A DNA stretch of 34,276 bases from NCBI GenBank assembly GCA_046086645.1, contig JBJSXZ010000072.1, forward strand, positions 1-34,276, in the 5' to 3' direction. The notes under the pieces are model-generated. The model had not been told where the DNA came from. It was given only the letters and a program-made list of their open reading frames with translations, and searched no databases. Source of the DNA: Candidatus Limnocylindrus sp. (GTDB lineage: Bacteria > Chloroflexota > Limnocylindria > Limnocylindrales > Limnocylindraceae). Position 1 is the first letter of the stretch; the number at the start of each line of letters is the position of its first letter. The translations under genes and the position numbers were made by a program. Positions 33,303 through 34,276 of this stretch are shown piece after piece.

Positions 33303-33309
33303 GCTCACC

Positions 33310-34158
33310 ATGACATCAGAGAGGAATCCGGACCACGATGATGCGCAGCTCGCCATCCGCATTGCGGAGGCGGCCGCAGCGTCGCTCAGGGGTTTGCGCG
33401 ATACGGCTCCGGTTCACCCTGCAACGTTTGACGCAGCTGCTCTCCGCGCCGCAGGCGACGCAGAGACGAACATGTTGATCGAGAGCATGTTGAGGAGCGA
33501 GCGGCCTACCGACACAATTCTCTCCGAGGAGTCAGCAGATTCCGAACAGCGGCTCTCGGCAGAGCGGGTCTGGATCATCGATCCACTTGATGGGACACGT
33601 GAATATGGCGAGCGCGACGAGCGGGGGGTCTGGCGAGATGATTTCGCCGTCCATGTTGCACTCTGGGAGCGAGGCCGCGGGCTGACCGTCGGGGCCGTGT
33701 CGTTGCCAGCACGAAACATCACATACACCACTGCAAACCCACTGCCGCTTCCACGCGAATCGAGTGGCACACTGCGTGTTGCGGCGAGTCGTACCCGACC
33801 ACCAGAATTCTTAGCGCGCTTGCGCGACGCTGGACGCATAATCCTTGTGCCGATGGGCTCGGCCGGCGTGAAGGCGATGTCGGTACTCGACGGGAGCGCC
33901 GACGCCTACATCCACGCTGGTGGCCAGTACCAGTGGGATTCAGCGGCCCCCGTCGCGGTCGCCTGCGCCGCGGGCGCTGTGGCAACCCGGCTTAACGGCG
34001 AGCCGATCGTCTATAACGGCGCAGAGTTGCTCGTGCCCGATCTTGTCGTCGTCCACCCCTCCCGTGCGGCAGAGGTGCGTGCCCTTCTCGTTGAGGCTGC
34101 CGACGAGAACGGTGGCGCAGGTGTATCTGCCGCGACTGGTGCAGAATCTCCTGCATGA
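33310..34158 (+). CDS. cysQ: 3'(2'),5'-bisphosphate nucleotidase (PAP phosphatase) CysQ, inositol monophosphatase family
   Basis: LSEES .. VWIIDPLDGTREY .. WDSAAP. ATG 33310 avoids overlap with the cysC start. Confidence 0.85.
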   Translation: MTSERNPDHDDAQLAIRIAEAAAASLRGLRDTAPVHPATFDAAALRAAGDAETNMLIESMLRSERPTDTILSEESADSEQRLSAERVWIIDPLDGTREYGERDERGVWRDDFAVHVALWERGRGLTVGAVSLPARNITYTTANPLPLPRESSGTLRVAASRTRPPEFLARLRDAGRIILVPMGSAGVKAMSVLDGSADAYIHAGGQYQWDSAAPVAVACAAGAVATRLNGEPIVYNGAELLVPDLVVVHPSRAAEVRALLVEAADENGGAGVSAATGAESPA

Positions 34159-34171
34159 GGATCCACAACGC

Positions 34172-34276
34172 ATGACGAAAAGCCACGTGATTAGCCAGCT
34201 CACCGCCCTCGAGGCGGAGAGCATCCATATCTTCCGCGAGGTTGCGGCAGAGATGGAGCGCCCCTGCCTCCTCTTT
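34172..34276 (+). CDS. cysD: sulfate adenylyltransferase subunit 2 (CysD), 3'-truncated by window end
   Basis: MTKSHVISQLTALEAESIHIFREVAAEMERPCLLF matches the conserved CysD N-terminus (LEAESIHI.REV). Confidence 0.85.
   Translation, partial: MTKSHVISQLTALEAESIHIFREVAAEMERPCLLF

Noticed and set aside
1-34276. Looked for CRISPR arrays, IS elements, integrases, toxin-antitoxin or defence-system genes, and rRNA or intact tRNA genes.
   Set aside because: I found no spaced direct-repeat arrays, no transposase- or integrase-like translations, no nuclease/helicase/methylase motifs, and no rRNA-like or complete cloverleaf sequences. The only repeats are the short ones listed.

Overview
This is a chromosomal segment of about 33 genes that looks like a high-GC Gram-positive (Actinomycetota) genome; the taxon is inferred from GTP-PEPCK, DinB, ECF sigma and many leaderless-looking starts. 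I found no rRNA, CRISPR array, transposase or integrase. Gene order, left to right:
- a truncated tRNA-Thr remnant with odd repeats;
- an ECF sigma/anti-sigma pair, an OafA-type acyltransferase and several small enzymes;
- a markedly AT-richer Pho block: phoU-pstB-pstA-pstC-pstS on the minus strand, plus an OmpR-type regulator and histidine kinase arranged head to head;
- nhaA-dinB;
- a DTE-motif proton-pumping rhodopsin divergently paired with a single-polypeptide carotenoid cyclase + lycopene elongase fusion;
- cysK-cysE preceded by a Cys-rich mini-ORF;
- a metallophosphoesterase, an ABC exporter, an orphan sulfotransferase-like gene and GTP-PEPCK;
- a PotA-D-B-C type importer;
- a sulfur locus: TauE/SafE permease, Cys-less Rrf2 regulator, second sulfotransferase paralogue, APS kinase with a degenerate N-terminal domain, cysQ and the start of cysD.

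The best candidates for new biology are:
1. the rhodopsin / CrtY-CrtEb fusion pair with no blh in the window;
2. a PAPS-dependent sulfation module built on an unplaced ~400-aa sulfotransferase family present twice;
3. a polycysteine leader ORF upstream of cysK-cysE.

All functional calls rest on motifs read by eye from the translations. No database search was run.
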